DNA of 45,561 nucleotides from Elusimicrobiota bacterium (lineage in GTDB: Bacteria > Elusimicrobiota > Elusimicrobia > F11): positions 1 to 45,561 of the forward strand of contig JBJXGI010000060.1 in assembly GCA_046153645.1 (NCBI GenBank), in the 5' to 3' direction. Within the stretch, counting starts at the first letter, position 1, and each line of letters begins with the position of its first letter. Both the position numbers and the translations under genes were made by a program. Of this stretch, positions 8,762 to 18,643 are shown piece after piece. The notes under the pieces were generated by a model. It did no database searches. It saw only the letters and a list, made by a program, of their open reading frames with translations, and had not been told where the DNA came from.

Positions 8762-9556
8762 TTATCCTTGATTGGCCGCGCCGGCACGAGAAGCAATAAC
8801 CTTGTTCTTACTTTTTCGATTCAAATACGATTCTAATCTTCTAGAAAGAATCGCCGGGCCTTCTTGTCGTTGAATTGAGAGAATAGCTTCGATCATAACT
8901 TCTTTCAAAAAAAGTTCTTGCTCAGAATAGCTTTGAAGTTTTCCAGCAATAGGAAGAAAGAGAAAGTTAGCGCCAAAAATTCCATAAAACGTAGCCGTCA
9001 TGGCCACAGCCATATGACTTCCCATGGTTCGAGGATCTGTTAAGTTCAATAACACCTCAACAACACCGACCAAGGTTCCCAATAAACCGAAAATAGGGGC
9101 ATAAGTCGCCATGTTTCTAAACACATTGGAGACTTCTTCATGACGCAGTCGAATGAAATGGATTTCTTTTTCTAAATTTGATCGGACCAAATTTTCTGGC
9201 AAACCATCGGCGATTAATTTCAGTCCATTGGCAAGAAATTGATCAGAGGTTCCTCTCATATCCAACTCTAAACTTTCCATACTGGTTCTACGGGCACGTC
9301 CCGCCAATTCAAGCATTTGGCTCATAATGCTATCAGCAGATTCTCTTCTACCAGGGAACATAAACATAACAATAGCCATGGGAATTTTTTTGATAATTGA
9401 CCAAGGATATGTAATTAAGGTTGCCCCTAATGTTCCACCAAAGACAAGAACAGCCGCATGGGTATTCATGAAAAATTTTGCAGTTTCACCATCACCTAAA
9501 ACCCAGGCCACCGCACCAAGCCCAACAAACCACCCTAAAAATGTCATTAAATCCAT
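8762..9556 (-). CDS. motA: MotA/PomA-family stator subunit
   Basis: VFGGTLGA, ARRTSMESLE, APIFGLLGTLVG, AMTATFYG, LPIAGKL; four-TM flagellar-type architecture. Confidence 0.92.
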   Translation of the reverse strand: MDLMTFLGWFVGLGAVAWVLGDGETAKFFMNTHAAVLVFGGTLGATLITYPWSIIKKIPMAIVMFMFPGRRESADSIMSQMLELAGRARRTSMESLELDMRGTSDQFLANGLKLIADGLPENLVRSNLEKEIHFIRLRHEEVSNVFRNMATYAPIFGLLGTLVGVVEVLLNLTDPRTMGSHMAVAMTATFYGIFGANFLFLPIAGKLQSYSEQELFLKEVMIEAILSIQRQEGPAILSRRLESYLNRKSKNKVIASRAGAANQG

Positions 9557-9562
9557 GATTTA

Positions 9563-11266
9563 TTATCCTTCTCCCACATTTTTCGAATCTTTTTCTCTAG
9601 AGAATTCTCCATCTTGAACAGGAAACCTTTCTTGATCCGTCCTCTTTTTCAAAAAATTACTTATTTTATTTTCAATATCGTTGCCGGGTCTTGAGGCAGA
9701 ATCAACACTAAGGGATTCTTCAAACTTCATTCCTGCTGGAAGTTTAAGCGAATGACGCAAAGAACCAGCAAGTCTTTCGGCGGGTGAAAAACTCTTTACT
9801 TCGGGGATATGGATATGCCCCTCGGCTTTTAATCTTTTGGCAATAAGCGAAATTTTCCTCTGGGCATCGGTAATTATTTTAGGAGTTAAATTCTCTGTTT
9901 TAAAACTGAGTTCATCCCGGATAATTTCAGCTTTACCTTCTGGGACATGCTCAAGAATTTTATTAACAAACAATTCATCAGATGCTCTTAAACTTAAAAT
10001 CAATGTTTGTAGATCAACTTCCCTTAAAATAGCTTTTAGCGAAGACACCTCAAACTTATCTAAATCCTCAAACAAAAATGAACGCTGCCGCATTTCCTCT
10101 GCAATCTCTGGACTGGACTCTTTCAAATTCTCCAACATATTTCGTTGCGCTTCCGGGTCTAATGACTCATAAACAGAAAACATTCTTTCAGGACCACCGA
10201 TCATATAGTCTAAACGCCTTTTTAAATCTTGCTCAATATCTTCAACTTGTTCGGGGAGAAGTTGCCTTGTTGTTGCCAATTTTGATGTTATTTCACTTTG
10301 CAAAGTAGGACTAATTTTAGACATAACTCGAATAATCCAATCAGCTGGTAAATAACCCAACACAACCGCCGCTTTTTCAGGAGATTCTTTAGAAAGTATG
10401 ACCGCTAAATTACTTATATTATCCTCACGGATAAAACCAAAAGGTAGCGTCGTCTTATTTGGATTTTCAACTTGCAATGCTCCGGAAAAATTTGTGTTCC
10501 CTCCTCCATTCCCTCCATTTGGAAGTCCATAAGATGGCGGAAAATAAGGTGGTATGAGCGGGAAAGGATCGGCCCGATTCCTCCCCGAATCTTCAGGTTT
10601 TAAAGTTGGCAAAATTTGAATCAGGTTATTGAGAAATCCGCGTAAAGGTCCAAACATAAATAACAAGCAAACAAAAACACAAAAAATAGTCAAAATCAAA
10701 ACCACAACAACCCAGTAGTTTTTTAACTCAGTTTGAATGCGATTCATAGGGGAATTATTAACGATAGGAGTGGCAGACTTATTAAACTTTGACTTCTGAA
10801 TATTAAGACTATCGCCTCTTTCAGGATCCAATCCCAAAATCTGCCTTGTCAATTCTCTTACCTTTCCCACTTCAACCTCGGGAAGACTTTCATCTAAAAC
10901 CAGGGTTACAGAAATTCTTTTTATAAATTTCTTAAAAAACTTATCTTCTGTTTTTAATGTATCAACTAAACTTTTAACTTGTTGTGAGGTTTCATTTAGA
11001 GAACTTCTATTTGGTACACCCGGCAAGAAAAAACCATCTGACTCGTCTTGGACAACCGTGTTCGGTGATGAAACCAAAGGCTCTATTCGGACAACCACGA
11101 CAAATTGATCTGGTGATAAAATTTTAGATAACACTTCTTCAACTCTCTGTTGCATCCGAACTTCGAGGTTGAGTCGCTCGCTATCCCATGAAACATCAAT
11201 TGAATAAATAAGGCCCACAAAAACAAAGGGTGCGATCACTAAAAAAGAAAAAAGTTTACGGAACAC
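9563..11266 (-). CDS. FliF C-terminal ring domain (RBM3) fused through a TM helix to FliG middle and C-terminal domains
   Basis: FliF-like LEVRMQQRVEEVLSKIL..FVVVVRIE and IKRISVTLVLD..ILGLDPERGDSLNIQKSKF; TM; FliG-like LSKESPEKAAVVLGYLP, GG linker, FLFEDL, AILREVDLQTLILSLR, KAEIIRDEL, DAQRKI; GTG start at 11266 after GGGGG SD. Confidence 0.85.
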   Translation of the reverse strand: MFRKLFSFLVIAPFVFVGLIYSIDVSWDSERLNLEVRMQQRVEEVLSKILSPDQFVVVVRIEPLVSSPNTVVQDESDGFFLPGVPNRSSLNETSQQVKSLVDTLKTEDKFFKKFIKRISVTLVLDESLPEVEVGKVRELTRQILGLDPERGDSLNIQKSKFNKSATPIVNNSPMNRIQTELKNYWVVVVLILTIFCVFVCLLFMFGPLRGFLNNLIQILPTLKPEDSGRNRADPFPLIPPYFPPSYGLPNGGNGGGNTNFSGALQVENPNKTTLPFGFIREDNISNLAVILSKESPEKAAVVLGYLPADWIIRVMSKISPTLQSEITSKLATTRQLLPEQVEDIEQDLKRRLDYMIGGPERMFSVYESLDPEAQRNMLENLKESSPEIAEEMRQRSFLFEDLDKFEVSSLKAILREVDLQTLILSLRASDELFVNKILEHVPEGKAEIIRDELSFKTENLTPKIITDAQRKISLIAKRLKAEGHIHIPEVKSFSPAERLAGSLRHSLKLPAGMKFEESLSVDSASRPGNDIENKISNFLKKRTDQERFPVQDGEFSREKDSKNVGEG

Positions 11267-12203
11267 GAATTCCCCCTGTTTTAGTTCCATATAGGAATTT
11301 TCGTAAACTGTCGTTATTGGGTTCCAATTGGAGGGCTTTTGTCCAAATTTGTTTTGCCTTCTCTCGTTCGTTCATTGCAAAATAAGCTGATCCAAGGCGG
11401 GTGAGAGCAAGAACATTTTCCGGTTCCAAATCTAAAACATCTGTACACTCTGAAATCGCAGTGAGATATCTCCCCTCGTAAATAGATTCAAGAGAGACCT
11501 GCAATTTATGCTCAACCAAAGTAATACCCGAGGGAACTCGAGGCGTGTCAACTTCCGGGTGTTCATTTTCAACAAGACGCATCAATCGTGAAAATTCAAC
11601 TCGTTCGATTTTTTTATCTGAGGCATATATCAATGTATTTAATGAGCGTTTGGGATCATTTTCCAAGAAATGCGTAACGGCCAAACGAAAAAGACGTGAG
11701 TCTAATGACTCCCCCAATTCCGCTTCGGTAATGGGGTTAATCGCCTCTAACTTTCTACGAATCACTTTGATGGAATTATCTTGTGGAATTAATCTCTCCG
11801 CATTTCGAAAGGTTTCAAGAGAAAATTGATACTGCCCATCACGATACTCTCCCACGCCCTTATTATAAAATTGAGTCGCTTTACTTTGGGATTCAGAGGC
11901 TCTTAATTGCTGTTGTTTTTCTTCTAAAATAAGTCGTGATCTTTCAGTTTCTAAATCAACAACATTTAAACCCATGGGCTTATAATTATCGATTAATCTG
12001 TCTAACTCAATTATTCTCTCATGGAGATTTAAACCGTTACCAACTTTTTGTCGATAAGCAGCAACTTCTTTATCTAATTCTTCTTTAAGGGAGGGCAAAA
12101 TATTTTCCGCAGAATCCCAACTCCACCCTATTATTGTTGATGGATTTAAGATTGCAAAAAACATGCTGAAAAATAAGACTGTTTTTAACGCCGGTCTAAT
12201 CAA
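11256..12203 (-). CDS. Exported tetratricopeptide-repeat protein, first gene of the motor operon
   Basis: N-terminal signal-like segment; TPR repeats FYNKGVGEYRDGQYQFSLETFRNAERLIP and ALTRLGSAYFAMNEREKAKQIWTKALQLEP; SD GAGGAG. Confidence 0.85.
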   Translation of the reverse strand: MIRPALKTVLFFSMFFAILNPSTIIGWSWDSAENILPSLKEELDKEVAAYRQKVGNGLNLHERIIELDRLIDNYKPMGLNVVDLETERSRLILEEKQQQLRASESQSKATQFYNKGVGEYRDGQYQFSLETFRNAERLIPQDNSIKVIRRKLEAINPITEAELGESLDSRLFRLAVTHFLENDPKRSLNTLIYASDKKIERVEFSRLMRLVENEHPEVDTPRVPSGITLVEHKLQVSLESIYEGRYLTAISECTDVLDLEPENVLALTRLGSAYFAMNEREKAKQIWTKALQLEPNNDSLRKFLYGTKTGGIRVP

Positions 12204-12333
12204 CCTGACACTCCTCTCAAAACGTAAAGTCCTCTACGTATTTAGGTCAACTTAGGCGTAATTGCAACCTGTTTTTAGAGATGTTTCTGACTCTATTCTG
12301 AAGAAAACTGAAATAAGACTTTAATGGAAGGAC

Positions 12334-12372
12334 AAAAAAAACCCAAAAACATAAAAAATGTTTTTGGGTTTT
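12334..12372 (-). terminator. Intrinsic terminator after leuB
   Basis: Perfect 15-bp inverted repeat AAAACCCAAAAACAT/ATGTTTTTGGGTTTT with 5-nt loop and U tract on the minus strand. Confidence 0.8.
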
Positions 12373-12393
12373 AATAATTAAAATTAAAAAAAA

Positions 12394-13479
12394 TTAAACT
12401 AAAGAAGCGACAAAATCCCCCATTTCAGAGGTAGACAAACCCATTTTACCAGCAGCTAAACTTTTTATTTTTCCGGATTGGAGCGCTTTATAAACAGCAT
12501 TCTCAATGTCAGAGGCTGCTTTAGGTTGGCCAATTTCATCCAACATCATTCCGGCTGCGCAAATAGCAGCTAAAGGATTAATAATGTTTTGACCCGTATA
12601 CTTTGGCGCAGAACCGCCAATTGGTTCAAACATGGAAACACCTTCTGGGTTTAGGTTTCCACCAGCAGCAATACCCATCCCGCCTTGAATCATGGCTCCC
12701 AAATCGGTAATGATATCTCCGAACATATTATCGGTGACAATCACATCAAAGAATTCAGGATTTTTTACCATCCACATACAAGTAGCATCAACATGAGCAT
12801 AATCGGGCTTAATTTCCGGAAAATCTTTAGCGACCTCATAAAAAGCTCTTTCCCACATGTCAAAAGCATAAGTTAACACGTTGGTTTTTCCACAAAGAGT
12901 CAGCATCTTTTTTTTATTTCTTTTTTTAGTGAAATTAAAAGCATATCGAAGGCATCTTTCGGCTCCCATACGAGTATTAATGGATTCTTGAACCGCCACT
13001 TCATGCGGTGTTCCTTTTCTTAAAAATCCTCCTGCTCCCGCATATAAACCTTCGGTATTTTCTCGAACCACAACAAAATCAATATCCTCAGGCTTTTTAT
13101 TGGCGAGGGGTGTTTCAACATTTGGGAATAATTTAACCGGTCTTAAATTAATATATTGATCTAATTCAAATCGAAGTCTTAACAACAACCCTTTTTCCAA
13201 AATACCAGGTTTCACTTGAGGGTGCCCAATAGCTCCTAAAAACATGGAGTCCACTTTTCGAAACTCCGCCAAAACTGAATCGGGCAAAATTTCACCTGAC
13301 TTTAAAAATCTTTCTCCACCCAAGTCATAATTCACATACTCTAATTTAAAATTGTTCTTTTTTGAAACCGTATTGAGAACTTTTAAACCTTCTCTGACAA
13401 CTTCAGGTCCCGTTCCATCTCCTGGCAAAACAGCAATTTTGTAACTTGATTTTGGTTCTTTTTTTACAACTTGACTCAT
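12394..13479 (-). CDS. leuB: 3-isopropylmalate dehydrogenase
   Basis: LPGDGTGPEV, NLRP, VRENTEGLY, DNMFGDIITD, FEPIGGSAP; leu/ilv context. Confidence 0.9.
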   Translation of the reverse strand: MSQVVKKEPKSSYKIAVLPGDGTGPEVVREGLKVLNTVSKKNNFKLEYVNYDLGGERFLKSGEILPDSVLAEFRKVDSMFLGAIGHPQVKPGILEKGLLLRLRFELDQYINLRPVKLFPNVETPLANKKPEDIDFVVVRENTEGLYAGAGGFLRKGTPHEVAVQESINTRMGAERCLRYAFNFTKKRNKKKMLTLCGKTNVLTYAFDMWERAFYEVAKDFPEIKPDYAHVDATCMWMVKNPEFFDVIVTDNMFGDIITDLGAMIQGGMGIAAGGNLNPEGVSMFEPIGGSAPKYTGQNIINPLAAICAAGMMLDEIGQPKAASDIENAVYKALQSGKIKSLAAGKMGLSTSEMGDFVASLV

Positions 13480-14000
13480 TTGTATTCGTCCTTTTTTTCT
13501 AAATATTTTTTCAGAAAATCGTCTAATGTTGGCCCAAAGGTCTCGTGAATAGAGTCCAAAGTTTGTTCATGCGCTTTATCAATGGGGTGATCGTCAAGAT
13601 ATCGTTCAACTTCAAAGAATTTATTTTCCCTATATATAGAACTTCCATTTGTAGACCCCAAATCTTTAACAAGTAAAATGGATCCCAATAAAATAAATTT
13701 AAGATGTTGACGAGAAACAATCGCATGCATAATTTTTATGGTACTTTCAGAAGTTCTTCCAAGAACACTAGGAATACTTTGGGTAATCTTTCCTACCAAC
13801 GTTAACTCACCATTATCCATATCAATCGTATGGATAAGTCGATCTTCTCCTGCCGCGATAATAGATAAATAAATCCCATGCCCCTGACCAAAACAAAAAA
13901 CAATATTATCGGAATCATCAGATTTCACCGCATAATAAAGATGAGGCCGAAATGGAACCCAGGCATCCTCAGTAATATTTTTAGGAATAAAAACGGACAA
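13476..14000 (-). CDS. FHA-domain protein
   Basis: LGR..., VSRQH, DLGSTNGS phosphothreonine-binding motifs. Confidence 0.8.
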   Translation of the reverse strand: MSVFIPKNITEDAWVPFRPHLYYAVKSDDSDNIVFCFGQGHGIYLSIIAAGEDRLIHTIDMDNGELTLVGKITQSIPSVLGRTSESTIKIMHAIVSRQHLKFILLGSILLVKDLGSTNGSSIYRENKFFEVERYLDDHPIDKAHEQTLDSIHETFGPTLDDFLKKYLEKKDEYK

Positions 14001-15557
14001 TTAAACTCTCTCCTTTGTAACAGGGATTGCCTTTTTCCCTCTGGCCAACGAAATCCTGTTAACTGCCGAAATATAAGCCTTAGCACTTGCTTCAATAATA
14101 TCTGTCGAAGCACCTTTACCACGCACAGTAAACCCTTTAGCATATTCTAGTTGAACTGTTACTTCACCTTGCGCGTCTTTACCGCCAGATACAGCTGCTA
14201 ATTTATAATCTAATAATTTGGCGCTAACCTTGGTGATTTTATCAATGGCTTTATATACGGCATCAACAGGTCCATCACCGCAAGCCGCTTCTTGAAACAC
14301 TGTTCCGCTTTTTGATAATCGAACTGTGGCTGTAGGAACAATTCCAGTCCCTGAACTGGTTTGAAGATAATCTAATTTCCAGAGTTCAGCGGCATCATTC
14401 GACTTTTCTTCAACAAGGGTTAACAAATCTTCATCAAAAATATATTTTTTCTTATCAGCCAAGACCTTAAACTGATCAAAAAGTTCTACCAATTCCTTAC
14501 CATCAATATCATAACCTAAATCTTTCATTCTTTTCGCTAAAGCCGCCCGGCCCGATAACTTTCCTAAAATTAATTGACTAGAAGGAACTCCGACAGATTC
14601 AGGGGTCATAATCTCATAAGTTTGGCGATGTTTCATCACGCCATCTTGATGAATTCCTGATTCATGAGAAAATGCATTGGCCCCAACAATGGCTTTGTTC
14701 GGCTGAACAACCATTCCAGTCAATCTTGAAACCAATCGGCTGGTTCGGTAAATTTCTTCAGTCTTAATGTTCGTCTTTAAACCAAAAAAATCTTTTCTAA
14801 CATTAAGAGCCATCACGATTTCTTCTAAAGAAGCGTTCCCTGCTCTTTCACCAATTCCATTAATCGTGCATTCAATTTGGCGAGCGCCATTAATAACAGC
14901 GGATAATGAATTGGATACAGATAATCCCAAATCATTATGACAATGCACAGAAAAGACCGCCGGTTTATTAACAGTCGACTGAGTTATTAATTGTTTGATC
15001 ATCAAACCAAACTCAAAAGGAACTGCATAACCAACAGTATCAGGAACATTAATAGTGGTAGCCCCTGCTTCTATTGCTGTCTTAACAGCCTGAACCAAAA
15101 AAGTGAAATCGGATCGAACCGCGTCTTCAGGAGAAAAATCAATACTTTCACAATATTTTGAAGCGTGGGTGACAATCTCAGCAATTTTATCCAAAACTTG
15201 ATTTCGGGACATTTTTAATTTTTTCTCTAAATGAATATCACTGGTCGCAATAAAGGTATGAATTCGAGGTTTTTTAGAGTGTTTAACCGCATTCCATGCT
15301 ACATCCACATCACCTTTAACACAGCGGGCTAACGCACAAATTTCAGGACCTTTCACTTTTTTAGCGATCTGACTAACCGCTTCAAAATCACCAGGGCTTG
15401 TTATTGGGAATCCGGCTTCAATAACATCAACACCCAAACGGGCCAACTGATAGGCAATTTCAATTTTCTCATCGACATTAAGACTGGCCCCGGGAGATTG
15501 CTCACCATCTCTTAATGTCGTGTCAAAAATAATAATTTTATCTGAGTTATTCTTCAT
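14001..15557 (-). CDS. leuA: 2-isopropylmalate synthase
   Basis: [23 protein letters not shown], regulatory domain GDGPVDA; start ATG 15557. Confidence 0.96.
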   Translation of the reverse strand: MKNNSDKIIIFDTTLRDGEQSPGASLNVDEKIEIAYQLARLGVDVIEAGFPITSPGDFEAVSQIAKKVKGPEICALARCVKGDVDVAWNAVKHSKKPRIHTFIATSDIHLEKKLKMSRNQVLDKIAEIVTHASKYCESIDFSPEDAVRSDFTFLVQAVKTAIEAGATTINVPDTVGYAVPFEFGLMIKQLITQSTVNKPAVFSVHCHNDLGLSVSNSLSAVINGARQIECTINGIGERAGNASLEEIVMALNVRKDFFGLKTNIKTEEIYRTSRLVSRLTGMVVQPNKAIVGANAFSHESGIHQDGVMKHRQTYEIMTPESVGVPSSQLILGKLSGRAALAKRMKDLGYDIDGKELVELFDQFKVLADKKKYIFDEDLLTLVEEKSNDAAELWKLDYLQTSSGTGIVPTATVRLSKSGTVFQEAACGDGPVDAVYKAIDKITKVSAKLLDYKLAAVSGGKDAQGEVTVQLEYAKGFTVRGKGASTDIIEASAKAYISAVNRISLARGKKAIPVTKERV

Positions 15558-16342
15558 AAGGACGCTTCTTTTGGAGCGACTTTCATTTTGTAATAACGAA
15601 AACCGGTGATGACAATTCCCCAGCAAATATAAGACACATATAAAATAAAAATTGTGTTTTGTGGGTAACTATAAATCATGAACAACGCAAACAATGTAAT
15701 TAAAAATGTTTTCAGTGACCGCGGATGAAAAAGTTTTGTTTTTTTAAAAGTTGAATATTGGATTTTTGAAACCATTAAAAAAGAAAGGCCAAACACAATA
15801 ACAGGAATAGCCGCTTTTAATGTTGGGACTTGATTGTGAATAATACTTAACGTTCGCCCCTGATGATCTGATTCGTATAATCCAAAAAGTAAAACTAAAA
15901 CGGCTAGAAATCCTCCTGCACCAGGAATCGGTAAGCCTGTAAAATGCAAACTAGGGCCCGCATCCGTTCCCGTACCTTCTGCTGAACCTTTCAAATTAAA
16001 TCTTGTTAATCGAATAGCCCCGCAAAGAATAAAGAAAAAAGATAACAATAAGCCCAAATCTCCAAACTCTTTGAGCGCCATCAAATAAATCATAATCGCG
16101 GGCGCAATCCCAAAAGACATCCAATCAGCAAATGAATCAAACTCTCCACCAAATTTTGAAGCAGTTCCCATAGCTCGAGCAATTCGTCCGTCAAAAATAT
16201 CCATTATATGTCCGATAAAAATAGCCGTTGGGGCCGCAATCCAGCGTTCCTCAATGGCACAAAATATGGCAAAAAAACCAAGCCCCATATTAGCCACAGT
16301 AAACAAACTAGGCACAAGAATGGAGGCTTTTTTAATATTCAT
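15554..16342 (-). CDS. pssA: CDP-diacylglycerol--serine O-phosphatidyltransferase
   Basis: DIFDGRIAR...[16 protein letters not shown] motif; adjacent to psd. Confidence 0.92.
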   Translation of the reverse strand: MNIKKASILVPSLFTVANMGLGFFAIFCAIEERWIAAPTAIFIGHIMDIFDGRIARAMGTASKFGGEFDSFADWMSFGIAPAIMIYLMALKEFGDLGLLLSFFFILCGAIRLTRFNLKGSAEGTGTDAGPSLHFTGLPIPGAGGFLAVLVLLFGLYESDHQGRTLSIIHNQVPTLKAAIPVIVFGLSFLMVSKIQYSTFKKTKLFHPRSLKTFLITLFALFMIYSYPQNTIFILYVSYICWGIVITGFRYYKMKVAPKEASL

Positions 16343-16353
16343 AACACCCTGTT

Positions 16354-16995
16354 TTACAATTTCCATTTTGCGATGGGAGTCATACCTCCCCAAACCCTTT
16401 GCCCCATTTGAACTGAAACCTCTACATGAGGAGGCATGAGCACATCAACTTGAGAACCAAACCGAATAAGACCATAACGCTCGCCTTGCGATAACGTGGC
16501 CCCTGTTTTAACCCAACTAACAATCCGTCTGGCAATAAGCCCTGCAATTTGAGTAACGACCACTTCTCCATTTGGAGTGACGATGGTTAAAACGTTTTTT
16601 TCATTTTGCAAATGCGCTTGAGGATGCCTTGCATCTAAATATAAACCTTTTTGATATTCAATTTTTTTAACAGTACCAGAAACCGGTGATCGCTGAATAT
16701 GACCATCAAAAACTGAAAGAAAAATTCGAACTAATTTCCAGTCTTTATTTTCTCCTTCAATAATAGTCTCAATTCCCAAAATCTTCCCATCTCCAGGAGC
16801 AATAATAAGGGACGAATCATTAGGCGAACTTCGGTCGAAATCTCGAAAGAAATAAAGAGAAAAGACAGTGGCCAAAAAGCATATACCTGCCAAAGAAACT
16901 GTCAAAATATTTCCAATTCTCAACAAAACCAGCCCAACAAGAGTTAAAGGAATAATAAACCGCCAGCCGTCACTAGCAACAGGAATCAATTTCAA
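16354..16995 (-). CDS. psd: Phosphatidylserine decarboxylase proenzyme
   Basis: FFRD, IFLSVFDGH, QIAGLIARRI, RFGSQVD cleavage motif; probable TTG start 16995. Confidence 0.92.
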   Translation of the reverse strand: MKLIPVASDGWRFIIPLTLVGLVLLRIGNILTVSLAGICFLATVFSLYFFRDFDRSSPNDSSLIIAPGDGKILGIETIIEGENKDWKLVRIFLSVFDGHIQRSPVSGTVKKIEYQKGLYLDARHPQAHLQNEKNVLTIVTPNGEVVVTQIAGLIARRIVSWVKTGATLSQGERYGLIRFGSQVDVLMPPHVEVSVQMGQRVWGGMTPIAKWKL

Positions 16996-17000
16996 AAAAA

Positions 17001-18083
17001 TTACTCCCGCTTCTTCAACCAAGGCATCATGGAACGAAGACCTGCGCCAACTTTCTCAATCTGATGATCCTCTATGGCTTTTCGGTAAGAATTAAAAACT
17101 GGTTTCCCAACTTTATTTTCCATTAGATATTCACGAGCAAATTCACCACTTTGAATCTCACTTAAAACTTTTTTCATCACTTTTTTAGTATCTTCAGTCA
17201 CAATCCGTGGACCACGAGAATACTCACCATATTCAGCAGTATTGGAAATGGAATAATTCATCCATCCAATTCCCCCTTCTTGAACCAAATCAACAATCAG
17301 TTTTAATTCATGAAGACATTCAAAATAGGCAAGCTCGGGTTGATAACCAGCTTCCACTAAAGTTTCAAAACCCTTTTTAATAAGTTCAACAGCACCGCCA
17401 CAAAGAACAACCTGTTCACCAAAAAGATCGGTTTCTGTTTCTTCTTTGAAAGTTGTTTTTAGCACCCCTGCGCGAGTTCCGCCGATAGCTTTACAGAAGG
17501 CAAGCGCTGTGTTAAACGCATTCCCTGTGTAGTCTTGTTCAACTGCCACCAAAGCTGGAGTTCCTCTTCCCTCTTCAAAAGTTCTTCTGACCAAATGACC
17601 GGGACCTTTGGGGGCAACCAAAACGACATCGCAATGCGCTGGCGGAACAATTTGAGAATAACGAATATTAAACCCGTGAGAAAACGCGACGACGGATCCT
17701 TTTTTCAAATAAGGAAATATATCTTTGTCCCATACTTCTGCTTGTGTTTCATCAGGGAGTAGAATATGAGTCCAATCAGCCTTTTTTACTTCAGAGGCGA
17801 TATCATCAAATAAATTCTTTCCTTCCTCCCACCCATGTTTTAATGCCAAATTCCAACCTCGACCACCTTTACGGACCGCGATATGAACATCAATTTTAGA
17901 ATCTCTTAAATTCAGAGCTTGGCCATGACCTTGTGATCCATAACCAATAACCACAACTCGTTTTCCTTTTAAATATTTTAAATCTGCATCCTCATCATGA
18001 TAAACCTTTGCTTTTAGAACAGATGCTGGATCAAATGATTTTTTATGAGATGCCACTTTTGTTGTTTGCTTCATTTTTTTCAT
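17001..18083 (-). CDS. ilvC: Ketol-acid reductoisomerase
   Basis: [29 protein letters not shown]. Confidence 0.97.
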   Translation of the reverse strand: MKKMKQTTKVASHKKSFDPASVLKAKVYHDEDADLKYLKGKRVVVIGYGSQGHGQALNLRDSKIDVHIAVRKGGRGWNLALKHGWEEGKNLFDDIASEVKKADWTHILLPDETQAEVWDKDIFPYLKKGSVVAFSHGFNIRYSQIVPPAHCDVVLVAPKGPGHLVRRTFEEGRGTPALVAVEQDYTGNAFNTALAFCKAIGGTRAGVLKTTFKEETETDLFGEQVVLCGGAVELIKKGFETLVEAGYQPELAYFECLHELKLIVDLVQEGGIGWMNYSISNTAEYGEYSRGPRIVTEDTKKVMKKVLSEIQSGEFAREYLMENKVGKPVFNSYRKAIEDHQIEKVGAGLRSMMPWLKKRE

Positions 18084-18622
18084 GCGAGTACCCTCTCCAA
18101 TTCTGCTATTGAAATTCCTTTGCTTCCGCGTGCCATCGCAACGATTCCTGTGCGACAGGTCTCCTTAATACCAAAAGGCCTCAGCATACGCAGCAAAGCT
18201 TCTATTTTTTCGCCATCTCCGGTCATTTCGACAATGATGGAATCCATCGCCACATCAACAATCTTGGCTCGGAAGATGTCACAAATTTGTATCAACTCAC
18301 TTCTTAATGATTTTTCTGCTGTTACTTTCACTAATACGAGTTCTCTTTCAAGATGAGAAGTTTCCCGGTAATCAGCAACTTTAATAACATCAATCAGTTT
18401 GTTAAGTTGTTTTTCCACTTGCTCCAAAATCTGATCATTTCCTTTCACTACAATGGTCATCCGAGAAATCATCGGATCATCGGTTGGGCCAACGGAAAGT
18501 GAATCAATGTTATAACCACGGGCAGAAAAAAGGCCTGAAATTCTTGCAAGAACTCCAAATTTATTTTCAACCAAAAGAGAAATGGTATGTTTTGCGTTAT
18601 TAGAATTATTTAGATCCATCAT
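18080..18622 (-). CDS. ilvN: Acetolactate synthase small (regulatory) subunit
   Basis: [29 protein letters not shown] domain. Confidence 0.96.
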   Translation of the reverse strand: MMDLNNSNNAKHTISLLVENKFGVLARISGLFSARGYNIDSLSVGPTDDPMISRMTIVVKGNDQILEQVEKQLNKLIDVIKVADYRETSHLERELVLVKVTAEKSLRSELIQICDIFRAKIVDVAMDSIIVEMTGDGEKIEALLRMLRPFGIKETCRTGIVAMARGSKGISIAELERVLA

Positions 18623-18643
18623 TTTAACCTCTTTTTTATTATA

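Noticed and set aside
7424..9556. Zorya (ZorAB) anti-phage system or ExbBD/TolQR
   Set aside because: MotA is short and flagellar-type with no long ZorA tail; no zorC/D/E, tonB or tolA adjacent; a FliG-containing partner is present instead
11170..12125. SWDS tetrapeptide just after the signal segment in both the TPR protein and the FliF-FliG fusion
   Set aside because: Too short to distinguish from chance
12204..12333. Sigma28 or sigma54 flagellar-class promoter upstream of the motor operon
   Set aside because: No TAAA-N15-GCCGATAA or GG-N10-GC match seen; only weak sigma70-like candidates (TTGACC-18-TACGTT), not enough to call
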